Assembly (NCBI GenBank): GCA_042218075.1
Contig: JBDGRK010000034.1
Coordinates: 1 to 11,201, forward strand
DNA length: 11,201 nucleotides
Direction: 5' to 3'
DNA from: Candidatus Nanohaloarchaea archaeon
GTDB lineage: Archaea; Nanohalarchaeota; Nanosalinia; Nanosalinales; Nanosalinaceae
Both the position numbers and the translations under genes were made by a program. The notes under the pieces are model-generated. The model was not told where the DNA came from. It searched no databases and saw only the letters and a list, made by a program, of their open reading frames with translations. Below are positions 1-8,091 of this stretch, one piece after another; the stretch's first letter is position 1; each line of letters starts with the position of its first letter.

Positions 1-335
1 GCCATGAAAACTCCAAAGCTTATCCTAGCGAGTTGGTACGTGGTAAAACCTGAGTTAAGTCCTAAGTTCATCGAGGCTATAAATATAGCGGTGAAGATTC
101 CGTAAACCGCTGAATCTGTAATCTGCTGCATCTCCATCTCATCGACAATCCCGCAGGTGCCAAAGTAGTTAAGATAAGTGAGCAGATTGAAACCGATCAC
201 TCCCAAAGTCGATATACCGAACAACTGGAAAGCAGAGTATTCAAAGCCTAACAAGAAACCAAACCCCTGGATAAGCATGAAGTAAACTAGTGAAGCTTTG
301 AACGGCATCAAACCGTAATCGGCAAGTGACTTCAT
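1..335 (-). CDS. Small multi-pass membrane protein, truncated by the window edge; paralogue of 1166..1558 (DUF2178-like, tentative)
   Basis: Not in the ORF track. My translation from ATG at 335 stays open to base 1: MKSLADYGLMPFKASLVYFMLIQGFGFLLGFEYSAFQLFGISTLGVIGFNLLTYLNYFGTCGIVDEMEMQQITDSAVYGIFTAIFIASMNLGLNSGFTTYQLARISFGVFMA... It aligns by eye with 1166..1558 (GIS...IG.NL..Y...I.DE......TD....G......IAS...AR..F) and has the same upstream promoter block. Confidence 0.85.
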   Translation of the reverse strand, partial: MKSLADYGLMPFKASLVYFMLIQGFGFLLGFEYSAFQLFGISTLGVIGFNLLTYLNYFGTCGIVDEMEMQQITDSAVYGIFTAIFIASMNLGLNSGFTTYQLARISFGVFM

Positions 336-372
336 GTAATGTATGCTTTACCTTAAGTCTTATAAACTTTAC
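336..372 (-). promoter_or_regulatory. Leaderless archaeal promoter with an imperfect operator palindrome (copy 1)
   Basis: The minus strand reads GTAAAG TTTATAAG ACTTAAG GTAAAG CATA CATTAC ATG. The TATA box lies 24-31 nt before the ATG. Bases 346-372 are identical to 1569-1595. Confidence 0.8.
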
Positions 373-552
373 AAATTCGGTCTGTCTACCTGTTCTACCG
401 TTCTTCGGTTAACGAGATCTACAGATATCGAATTACAAATATTATCTCAGGTTTTTCCTGTATTTCCACAACCTGATGTAGTGGGCCTGGTATACCTTTA
501 TTGACTTTTAACTTTCCTGATAGTTTTTCAAAAATCCGTGTTCCGGTCTCCT

Positions 553-927
553 TCAGATGTAATCCGAGATCTGGTACTCCGACTCCCTGTATGCTGCAAG
601 ATAGAAGAGTAGAGATGCCATCAAGTATCCGGCTCCAGCCAAGGTATCATCAGCTGTTGTGCTCAGCACTAAAAAGGGTGAACCTAGCGCAAGATAACCT
701 GCGGCACCTACTTCATCATGCTCCCCACTCCAATCGCAGCATATAACTTCATCAGTTATTTCAGCGAAGAAGCCGGAGAAGAAAGCACCAAAGCTGACAG
801 CTATCAGCGCCCAGGCAAGTTCACTGGTAGGAATTATCAATTCGTGAAACACCAGTGTGAATAATACCGCTGCTGCAGCCCCTATAAAGCCTTTAGATAC
901 CGCATTTAACCAATCCTCGTTTTCCAT
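553..927 (-). CDS. Hypothetical membrane protein with about 4 TM helices
   Basis: 124-aa ORF with four hydrophobic segments and acidic loops. It starts 23 bp after the HTH gene stop on the same strand, so it is probably co-transcribed. Confidence 0.75.
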   Translation of the reverse strand: MENEDWLNAVSKGFIGAAAAVLFTLVFHELIIPTSELAWALIAVSFGAFFSGFFAEITDEVICCDWSGEHDEVGAAGYLALGSPFLVLSTTADDTLAGAGYLMASLLFYLAAYRESEYQISDYI

Positions 928-950
928 AAAACTGATCTATCGAATTTTTT

Positions 951-1169
951 TTATGAAATTTTCGACTCGATTGAAAAAATATCCTCCACATTGCATTCGA
1001 AGAATTCAGCAAGTTTCAGTGCAAGTTCCAGACTGGGATCGTACTTCCCTGTTTCAATAGCATTAACTGTCTGGCGGGAGACCTCCATCTCTTCCGCCAG
1101 TTCTTCCTGTGTGAGGTCTTTCTTGGCTCTCTCGACCTTGAGCTTGTTTGAAATTTCCAAGTTGTTCAT
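951..1169 (-). CDS. XRE/Cro-CI family helix-turn-helix transcriptional regulator (HTH_3, COG1476-like)
   Basis: Contains NKLKVERAKKDLTQEELAEEMEVSRQTVNAIETGKYDPSLELALKLAEFFECNVEDIF. I placed the start at 1169 rather than 1181 because it forms an ATGA overlap with the upstream stop and follows an SD-like GGCGGTG. Confidence 0.95.
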   Translation of the reverse strand: MNNLEISNKLKVERAKKDLTQEELAEEMEVSRQTVNAIETGKYDPSLELALKLAEFFECNVEDIFSIESKIS

Positions 1170-1558
1170 CCACCGCCCCATTTATGGCTCAGGCTTTTGA
1201 TGGAGAACGTTGCTATCCAGGTCCAGAAGCCGAATCTGGCTATATTCATGAAATCTACAGGTTTGGGGGAGCTTATCAGCTCTGAGGCCAGGACGGATGC
1301 TATTAATGCTGCCATGAACCCCCAGGCCATCGCGTCCGTCAGAATCTTCTGCTTCCTCTCATCTATAATGCTTTTACCATTCTTGTAGTAATTCCAGAGG
1401 TTTACACCTATAGTAACAGAAATGCTTATCCCTGCTATATGTAGCAAGCTAAGACCCAGGCTGGAATCCGAGTTCAGAATTGAAAGCGATACTCCGACAA
1501 CTGTAAGCCACATAGCCGTCATCTTGAAATCCAGAAGGTCAATTCGTTCTTTTATCAT
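1166..1558 (-). CDS. Membrane protein with a cytoplasmic 'IIDER' motif (DUF2178-like), translationally coupled to the XRE regulator
   Basis: 130 aa with about four hydrophobic segments. A DER motif follows TM2, as in small membrane proteins commonly encoded next to this type of HTH regulator. ATGA overlap at 1166-1169. Confidence 0.85.
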   Translation of the reverse strand: MIKERIDLLDFKMTAMWLTVVGVSLSILNSDSSLGLSLLHIAGISISVTIGVNLWNYYKNGKSIIDERKQKILTDAMAWGFMAALIASVLASELISSPKPVDFMNIARFGFWTWIATFSIKSLSHKWGGG

Positions 1559-1595
1559 GTAAAGAATACTTTACCTTAAGTCTTATAAACTTTAC
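1559..1595 (-). promoter_or_regulatory. Leaderless archaeal promoter with operator palindrome GTAAAG-N4-CTTTAC (copy 2)
   Basis: Bases 1559-1574 read GTAAAG AATA CTTTAC, directly against the ATG at 1558. The TATA box (TTTATAAG on minus) is at 1582-1589 and an extra half-site is at 1590-1595. Confidence 0.85.
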
Positions 1596-1670
1596 TTAAT
1601 TTACAGGTTCTCGATATTTTTGTGCAGTTCTCCGACTAACCTCCTGAAACAATCCTATAAGGCAGATGAT

Positions 1671-1877
1671 TTATTCAAGATTAGAACCTGTCAATACTTT
1701 CCATGGTGGCGGCAGTATTCCAGAAACCGTCATGACAGCTACAGGAAACCAGTAGAACGCGGCAAACCTGGAAATTGGCTGGTTCCAGAGGTAGAGAAAT
1801 CCTGCCATGATCACGAAAGACAAAATCAGCATCATCCAGACTCCTGCAACCCGCTGCTCTTCGCCGCCCATTTCCAT
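1671..1877 (-). CDS. Small hypothetical two-TM membrane protein
   Basis: Two hydrophobic stretches and an LPPPW motif. The ORF track starts it at 1922. I prefer ATG 1877 because TTTTAAAA at 1899-1906 sits at leaderless-promoter distance. Confidence 0.6.
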   Translation of the reverse strand: MEMGGEEQRVAGVWMMLILSFVIMAGFLYLWNQPISRFAAFYWFPVAVMTVSGILPPPWKVLTGSNLE

Positions 1878-2069
1878 GTGACCTGGCTGGTTCGCAGATT
1901 TTAAAATTTTATAACCTGTCATAGGTCAGGGATGAATCAGTAAATAGCGAAACCGGAGTTCACTCATGACCGAATCTAACTTTGAATATTATAAGTTGAA
2001 GCGATAGATCGGTATATAATCCGTCGAATTATTCTGCAGAGAGAAGTAAACATCAGGAATTCCTTTTTT

Positions 2070-3353
2070 CTAATTTTCAATCAGTTCAAATATCGATCTT
2101 ACTGTCAATCCGTCATCGCTTTCCAGATCCATCTCAATATCTGCATTATCTGCTATGCGATTGATCGTGTACAATCCGAGACCCCAGTTTTCTTGGGACG
2201 TGTCCATTCCTGGGCCGTCATCGCTTATTTCCACTGCCACTGAATCCTCTTCGAATTCCCAACCTATCTCGATCAAGCCCTCTTGATCCTCATAATGGTG
2301 CTCTATGCTATTCTCAATGATATTTTCGAAATACTGATTTAGATGTGGACTAGACTCAACTATCACTTCTCTTCCGGGATCCTCCAGTTCTACTTCGAGA
2401 CCAGCTGCCTCCGCTTGGTCTCTGTAACCCTCAACGCTGCTTCTAACTTTCTGGTACAGATCAATATTTCCTGCATATTCTGAACTTTCCCGGTTCTTCA
2501 TCTGCTCCAGCTTTTCAACCTTTTTTCCCATCGATCCAAGTCTTTCTTCTATAATATCTATCTCTTGAGGCACTTCTTCCAGTTCATCCTTGAGTAGTTC
2601 AAGATTGCCATCTATAATTGCCTTATCATTAGAGAGATCATGTCTCAGTATTCTCAATATTAATTCGAGATTTTTCCTGTATGATTCTCTCTGGGTCACG
2701 TCACGCTGATATCCCAGGAATACATCCTGGTCTCCTATCTGTACCGGCCATATCTCCAGTTCGTTCCAGAATTCTTCTCCTTCGGCATCATAGTTTATTA
2801 TTGTTTTCTGGACGTGTTCTTTCTCTTCAAGTGCCTGCCTGATCTCAGCTACTTTATCCTGATCTGTATCTTCCCCCTGTAGAAAACGACAATCACGTCC
2901 GAGTGCCTCTGTTCTATCATAACCTGTTAAATCTTCAAAACCCTGATTTACGTAGAAAAGTGGATGATCTCCCTGCTCGTTTCTGATCGCTGCCGTAATT
3001 CCTATCGGAGAGTGTTCAATTCCGTGATATATAGCCGGAATAAGGCCATAAACCTCGAGTTCTCCGTCCTCGACTAGAGTTTCTTCATAAGATCCTTTCA
3101 GCATCTCTGTAAAATTTCTGGGATGTGCCGAAGGTTCTGCTGAAAAGATGGGTATCTGAACCTCACCTCCTATTTCCATTTTTTCTCGGGTCTCTTGATA
3201 GGGAAGATTGGTAATGACAGCAGATGCTTCTCCGCTACTGTATGCTTTCGCTGCTTCCACAGCATCAGAGTATATTTCTACATTTAGGCTGTTTTCTTCT
3301 AAAATATCTGCCTCTCTTTCTGAACGTGTCAGAAGAATTAAATCCTGGTCCAT
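2070..3353 (-). CDS. LOV(PAS)-domain sensor histidine kinase with a degenerate receiver-like N-terminus
   Basis: LOV signatures: YVNQGFEDLTGY, GRDCRFLQG, FWNELEIWPV, FLGYQRD. Kinase signatures: H-box RILRHDLSN, N-box ENIIENSIEH, G1 ISDDGPG, G2 GLGLY. No TM segment; strongly acidic. Confidence 0.93.
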   Translation of the reverse strand: MDQDLILLTRSEREADILEENSLNVEIYSDAVEAAKAYSSGEASAVITNLPYQETREKMEIGGEVQIPIFSAEPSAHPRNFTEMLKGSYEETLVEDGELEVYGLIPAIYHGIEHSPIGITAAIRNEQGDHPLFYVNQGFEDLTGYDRTEALGRDCRFLQGEDTDQDKVAEIRQALEEKEHVQKTIINYDAEGEEFWNELEIWPVQIGDQDVFLGYQRDVTQRESYRKNLELILRILRHDLSNDKAIIDGNLELLKDELEEVPQEIDIIEERLGSMGKKVEKLEQMKNRESSEYAGNIDLYQKVRSSVEGYRDQAEAAGLEVELEDPGREVIVESSPHLNQYFENIIENSIEHHYEDQEGLIEIGWEFEEDSVAVEISDDGPGMDTSQENWGLGLYTINRIADNADIEMDLESDDGLTVRSIFELIEN

Positions 3354-3375
3354 TCACTAATTTCGTGACTGAATT

Positions 3376-3390
3376 CTTTTATAGAAGGTT
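3376..3390 (-). promoter_or_regulatory. Putative TATA box for the leaderless LOV-kinase transcript
   Basis: Minus-strand TATAAAA at 3377-3383, 24-30 nt upstream of ATG 3353. No SD sequence. Confidence 0.6.
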
Positions 3391-3654
3391 ATTGCTCTGC
3401 AAACTGTATTCTGTTCGGTGTTCCGATGAGAGTGTAGAGCTGAAGGTTCTCTGCAAATCTTAGAAGGGAATATACTTAGTTCGCAGTCACTTTACAGTGC
3501 GGGATCAAATCGAAACCGGGTATTTTTGATCACATGGATTGTTTGAGAATTAATTTGTGGAGCTATCAGGTAGCTGATATTTAATGAAGAGAAAAATTTA
3601 CTCGATCGGTACCGATCCATATTTGAACCTAAATATTGAGCCTGTTGGAACTCT

Positions 3655-4857
3655 TTATTCGTATCTGAGGGCTTCTGCCGGCGGCAGTCTGGCCGCTCTC
3701 CTTGCCGGGAGCACACCTGAAATGACTCCTACAATAAACGAGAATAGTGTGGCGCCGGTAAGCAGCTCCAGGCCAAGGTAGGCGTTTATCGTTATACCGG
3801 TGGCTTCCGTGGCTGCATAAGCGGCTGCAGTTGATAGACCGGTTCCAACAACTACTCCAAGAAATCCTCCCATCATGCCAATTATCCCGGATTCAAGTAA
3901 AAACAGAGTCATTATCTGCTTCTGTGTGGCGCCTATAGCTTTCATTACTCCTATTTCCTGCGTTCTCTGCGTTACTGATGTATACATTGTGTTCATGATA
4001 TTCACTGCTCCCACAATCAGCGATATGCTGGCTATACCTATCACAACACCTCTGACAACTGACAGAATCTTATTGAACGAGCTCAGTAGATCTTCATTCG
4101 TCGAGACCGAAAAATCTTCCTCTCCCTTTTCCAGACCTCTCTCATCTCTCAGCTCTTTCTTGACATCTTTCTTTGTTTCTTCAGGCGTGTAGCCTTCCTG
4201 GGTCTGGGCATAGATTCTATCGTATGTATTCTCTTTCCTGCCAAGGAGCTCGACCGCTGAAGCATAAGGCATCACTACAGACTGGTCCACCGCCGGGTCG
4301 CCCGTCGACTTGAATATTCCGACGACCCTGAAACTCTCCCCTTTCACCTTCAGACTCGATCTGAGGCTTAAATCCTCTTTGAAAACACGGTTTGCCACCC
4401 TGCTTCCTATAGCTATGTTTGAGGTATCGGAGCTTCTAATCTGTCTTCCTTCATCGAGGTCCAGAGCCCAGCTCTCCGCCACAAGATCTCTGTTCTCTCC
4501 TGTAGGCATGCCAAGCACTGTCACAGACTCATTCTGCCCGCCGAACTCTGCTCTAGTGGTAGCGAATACTGTTCCATCAGCCTTCTCCACAGACTTTGCT
4601 GATCTAACGGTCTGGAGATCTTCATGGGTCAGAAAGCCTGAACTTGTTGAAACAGCGCTTCCGCCGGAGTTGATGTAAACCTTGTTGCTTCCGATCTCTT
4701 CGAACTGTTGCTGGACTGAGTTCTGCAGTCCCTGTCCCAGAGATACCAGTGCCACCACAGCTGCGATGCCCACCAAAACCCCTATCACCGTGAGCCAGCT
4801 TCTCCTTCCCCTGTAGAAAATATTCCTGACCGCTATGCTGAAGAATTCGAAGATCAT
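3655..4857 (-). CDS. ABC transporter permease, MacB/FtsX family (COG0577), copy 2
   Basis: N-terminal TM RRSWLTVIGVLVGIAAVVALVSLGQG, a large extracytoplasmic domain, IMNTMYTSVTQRTQEIGVMKAIGA, and C-terminal PARRAARLPPAEALRYE. ATGA overlap with the upstream permease. Confidence 0.96.
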   Translation of the reverse strand: MIFEFFSIAVRNIFYRGRRSWLTVIGVLVGIAAVVALVSLGQGLQNSVQQQFEEIGSNKVYINSGGSAVSTSSGFLTHEDLQTVRSAKSVEKADGTVFATTRAEFGGQNESVTVLGMPTGENRDLVAESWALDLDEGRQIRSSDTSNIAIGSRVANRVFKEDLSLRSSLKVKGESFRVVGIFKSTGDPAVDQSVVMPYASAVELLGRKENTYDRIYAQTQEGYTPEETKKDVKKELRDERGLEKGEEDFSVSTNEDLLSSFNKILSVVRGVVIGIASISLIVGAVNIMNTMYTSVTQRTQEIGVMKAIGATQKQIMTLFLLESGIIGMMGGFLGVVVGTGLSTAAAYAATEATGITINAYLGLELLTGATLFSFIVGVISGVLPARRAARLPPAEALRYE

Positions 4858-6059
4858 CCGAACCTCAACGCCTCCACGGGTTCTTTCTTGGCTGCTTTTC
4901 TGGCGGGAAGAGTCCCTGACACTACACCGACCAGGAAGGAGAAAAGCACAGAACCGATTATCAGCTCGACTGATACGTAGGGGGTAAACGGTAGTGAGAC
5001 CTGGCTACGTATGATTATGCCCGCAACATAGCTAAGTCCGATACCTACCGTCGCTCCTATCAGTCCCCCGATCATCCCTACAATGCCCGATTCTATCATA
5101 AAGAGACCGAGGATCTGTCTTCGGGTGGCTCCGACCGCCTTCATCACTCCTATCTGCTTGGTCCTTTCAGTGACGGAGGTATACATCGTGTTCATTATTC
5201 CTATTCCACCTACCAGGAGCGATATGGCGCCGATCCCAAGGAGCACTCCCCTGACTATGCTCAACTGGTTCCTGAAGCTCCTGAGTATATCCTTTGCAGT
5301 CCTTACTTTGAAGTTTTCCGAACCCTTCTTTACACCCCTCTCATTCCTGAGGTTTCTCCTGATCTCATCCGCGGCTTCTTCAGGAGTGAAGCCCTGTCTT
5401 ATCTGGGCTGTAATCATCCCGTACTCATCTTTCTTGTCCAGTACTTCCCTTGCCCTCTCCATCGGCATAATTATTCCCGAGGCCCCGCTTACTGCTCCGG
5501 AGCTGGTGTAGATTCCGACTATCCTGTACTCGTCTTCAAGACCTACATTCGACCTGAGCAGCATCTCGTCCTCAAACTTATCATCTGCGATATCTTTCTC
5601 TACAATTACCGAAGTCCTATCATTCTGCCTTATGTACCTTCCCTCCTCCATCTCTATCCCAAATATTTCCTTAGCGGTATCTCTCTTCGTTCCAGCAGGA
5701 AGACCTATCACCTTGATAAACTTATTGTCCCGACGAAACTCCGCCTGTACGTTTCCAGATATCATGCCTGCGGCGGTCGCCACGCTCCGGGATCTTTCTA
5801 CAGTTTCCAGATCCTCCTCCGTCAGCTTGAAGGTTGTATCTGAGAACCTGCCGCTTATGCCTCCTCCAGGCGATACGAATACCTTGTTGCCCCCCAGTTC
5901 CCTGAGTTCTGATTTAATCGAGTTCTCAAGCCCCTGGCCGATGGAAATTAGAGAGACAACGGCCATTATGCCTATCAGAGTGCCGATTATGGTCAGCCAT
6001 GAGCGTCTTTTCCTGTGTCGAAGACTGTTCAGGGAGAGGCGGAAAAAATCCAGGAACAT
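4854..6059 (-). CDS. ABC transporter permease, MacB/FtsX family (COG0577), copy 1
   Basis: Motifs RRSWLTIIGTLIGIMAVVSLISIGQG, GGIGIMNTMYTSVTERTKQIGVMKAVGA and PARKAAKKEPVEALRFG. AGGAG lies just upstream of the ATG. Confidence 0.96.
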   Translation of the reverse strand: MFLDFFRLSLNSLRHRKRRSWLTIIGTLIGIMAVVSLISIGQGLENSIKSELRELGGNKVFVSPGGGISGRFSDTTFKLTEEDLETVERSRSVATAAGMISGNVQAEFRRDNKFIKVIGLPAGTKRDTAKEIFGIEMEEGRYIRQNDRTSVIVEKDIADDKFEDEMLLRSNVGLEDEYRIVGIYTSSGAVSGASGIIMPMERAREVLDKKDEYGMITAQIRQGFTPEEAADEIRRNLRNERGVKKGSENFKVRTAKDILRSFRNQLSIVRGVLLGIGAISLLVGGIGIMNTMYTSVTERTKQIGVMKAVGATRRQILGLFMIESGIVGMIGGLIGATVGIGLSYVAGIIIRSQVSLPFTPYVSVELIIGSVLFSFLVGVVSGTLPARKAAKKEPVEALRFG

Positions 6060-6062
6060 GTT

Positions 6063-7262
6063 TTACTCCTGTCCTTTTCTCTTTCTCCAGTAGTAGATAC
6101 CTCCTGCAGCAACCAGAAGCACCACTACAGCAATTGGAATCAAACTACTGTTTGATTTCAAGCCGTACTGCTTGAGTTCCTCCTGTGTATATAGCTCCGC
6201 GTTCACGTTCTGTGTCACCGACTGCTCTCCCTTCGCGTCCCTGTAACTTAATTCCACAGGCATCCGGATTTCCTTGACTTTGACACTCTCTGTCTCGGCA
6301 TTCACGTTTAACCTGAAGCTGGCTGTCTGGAAGTCATCCGGGTCCATGGATCCTATGTAAACTTCGTTGCTGCCGATGACCTCAATATTCTCCGTTTCAT
6401 TCAGCTGCATCGAGACAAAGTCCGCTGATCCGTGACCCCTGTTTACCAGCCTGAAAGTTATCTCCTGAGTTTTGCCGTTTTCCAGCGGTTTATCTGTGTT
6501 GATTGCTGCCTTCAGCTGGGGTTCTCCTCCAACCCTGACTCCGGTTGTCAAAGACTGCTCAAACTCAGTCCCGGCCTCGTTCTCAAAACTGATATCCACA
6601 GGTAGCCTGTATACAGAGTTTTCAGCCGATCCGTCTATGTTCAGGGTGTAATTTACCTTCCGCGACTCTGAAGGCCCGATCTGGACGATATGTTTCCTGG
6701 AGGACTCACTTGTCGCCATCGGCAGATCGTCGGAGAGATCAAGTCCGACCTGGATGTTTTTCAGCTGTGAATCCGCAAGATTGGTCAATTTCAGTTGCAT
6801 CTGGTTGCTGGATCCTGGTGCGACATTATCAGGAAACTCCACGCTTTTCACAGCCAGGACGTTTCTATCGCTCCTGACCTCGACATCTACCTTCTCTATG
6901 TAGGAGAAATCTCCCTGTTTTAGCTCGAAATTCAATGTGTTGTTGCCCTGGACGGCGTTGGAATCCACCCTTGTCTGTAGATGTAGCTGGTATTCTTCAC
7001 CAGGGACGATACTTCCTATCGACCATTTTTTCCTGTCGTCGCCGTCCACGGAGAACGGATAGTTTTCCCTGAAGGATACATGGACGTTATCGGCTTCCGA
7101 GTTACCCTCGTTAGTTACTTCAAGCCAGACGTCCGCGTATTCGGAGGTCTGGAGAGGTGCCGGTTCCGTTTTCTTCAGCTCTATCTCCAGCTGGTTTGTC
7201 GGTTGCGCTGCTGAAAGTGAAACAACCAGCAGTAATGCGGTCGCCAATCCAGTTCTCTTCAT
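6063..7262 (-). CDS. Secreted, C-terminally anchored beta-sandwich repeat protein (COG1361 S-layer-domain family), ABC accessory subunit
   Basis: Signal peptide MKRTGLATALLLVVSLSAA. Three repeats of the form 'l.l.N.g...a..v' (VTNEGNSEADNV, LTNLADSQLKNI, LVNRGHGSADFV). C-terminal TM followed by the basic tail WRKRK. Lies between the ATPase and the permeases. Confidence 0.85.
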   Translation of the reverse strand: MKRTGLATALLLVVSLSAAQPTNQLEIELKKTEPAPLQTSEYADVWLEVTNEGNSEADNVHVSFRENYPFSVDGDDRKKWSIGSIVPGEEYQLHLQTRVDSNAVQGNNTLNFELKQGDFSYIEKVDVEVRSDRNVLAVKSVEFPDNVAPGSSNQMQLKLTNLADSQLKNIQVGLDLSDDLPMATSESSRKHIVQIGPSESRKVNYTLNIDGSAENSVYRLPVDISFENEAGTEFEQSLTTGVRVGGEPQLKAAINTDKPLENGKTQEITFRLVNRGHGSADFVSMQLNETENIEVIGSNEVYIGSMDPDDFQTASFRLNVNAETESVKVKEIRMPVELSYRDAKGEQSVTQNVNAELYTQEELKQYGLKSNSSLIPIAVVVLLVAAGGIYYWRKRKGQE

Positions 7263-7266
7263 AGAC

Positions 7267-7962
7267 TCACTCCTCCAGTTCTTCCTGTTTAACTTCTCTA
7301 TCCGGGTTTGTCACACCATCTATTATCTGGATCGTTCTATCCGCGTAATCCGCATCATTCGGGTCGTGAGTAACCATGATGATGGTTTTTCCCTCCTTGT
7401 TTAAATCGGTAAGCAGATCCATTATTTTTGCTCCTGTATCCGTGTCCAGGTTTCCTGTTGGCTCATCGGCCAAAATAATTTCGGGATTGTTGGCCAGCGA
7501 TCTTGCTATTGAGACCCTCTGTCTCTGACCCCCTGAAAGTTCTGAAGGTCTATGTCTCGTTCTATCTCCCAGCCCGACGTCTTCCAGAAGTTTTAGGGCC
7601 CTTTCTTTCCTTTTTTTCTTGCTCTTTCCCCTGAAAAGCATCGGCAGAGCCACGTTCTGCCATGCGTTCATCGAATTTATCAGGTTGAACTCCTGGAAGA
7701 TAAATCCGACTTTGCGGCTCCTGAGATGAGCCAGCTCATCCTCGGTCATTTCCTCTATCTTTTCTTCCCCGATATTCACTTCTCCGCCCGTCGGGACATC
7801 CAGAGCTCCTATCATATTCATCAGGGTGCTCTTGCCTGAACCCGAGGGCCCCATTATCGCGACAAACTCTCCTTCCTCAATCTCGACATCTGAACCTCTC
7901 AGGGCCTTAACTTCTGTCTCACCCAGCTGGTAGACTTTTTCGACATCTTCCAAGCTTATCAT
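7267..7962 (-). CDS. ABC transporter ATP-binding protein, LolD/MacB family (COG1136)
   Basis: Walker A GPSGSGKST, Q-loop GFIFQEFNL, signature LSGGQRQRV, Walker B/D-loop IILADEPTGNLD, H-loop MVTHD. Confidence 0.98.
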   Translation of the reverse strand: MISLEDVEKVYQLGETEVKALRGSDVEIEEGEFVAIMGPSGSGKSTLMNMIGALDVPTGGEVNIGEEKIEEMTEDELAHLRSRKVGFIFQEFNLINSMNAWQNVALPMLFRGKSKKKRKERALKLLEDVGLGDRTRHRPSELSGGQRQRVSIARSLANNPEIILADEPTGNLDTDTGAKIMDLLTDLNKEGKTIIMVTHDPNDADYADRTIQIIDGVTNPDREVKQEELEE

Positions 7963-8091
7963 GTCAGTTTCAGTCCCCTGAATGAATCCTGGACTAATAA
8001 ATAATTTAACCTCCGTCGATGTTTAAAATCCATCTGAATTTGTATGTCTCCGGCACAGGATTAATTAGGCTGGACTTAAAATTTCTGAGGC

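Noticed and set aside
346-1595. The 27-bp direct repeat as a CRISPR repeat, att site or transposon end
   Set aside because: There are only two copies 1.2 kb apart, each at a fixed distance from an ATG and containing a TATA box. No cas, integrase or transposase gene is in the window.
501-1904. Plus-strand ORFs 501..746, 857..1060, 991..1200, 1197..1388 and 1620..1904
   Set aside because: They are antisense to better-supported minus-strand genes and have no motifs or convincing start signals.
3224-3781. ORFs 3224..3463, 3492..3716 and 3584..3781
   Set aside because: They are short, overlap real genes, and their composition is unlike the acidic or hydrophobic proteins here. The 3354-3654 region is best treated as intergenic.
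3875-6093. Plus-strand ORFs 3875..4192, 4310..4678, 5083..5511 and 5632..6093
   Set aside because: They are antisense shadows of the permeases. Their similarity to each other only mirrors the permease paralogy.
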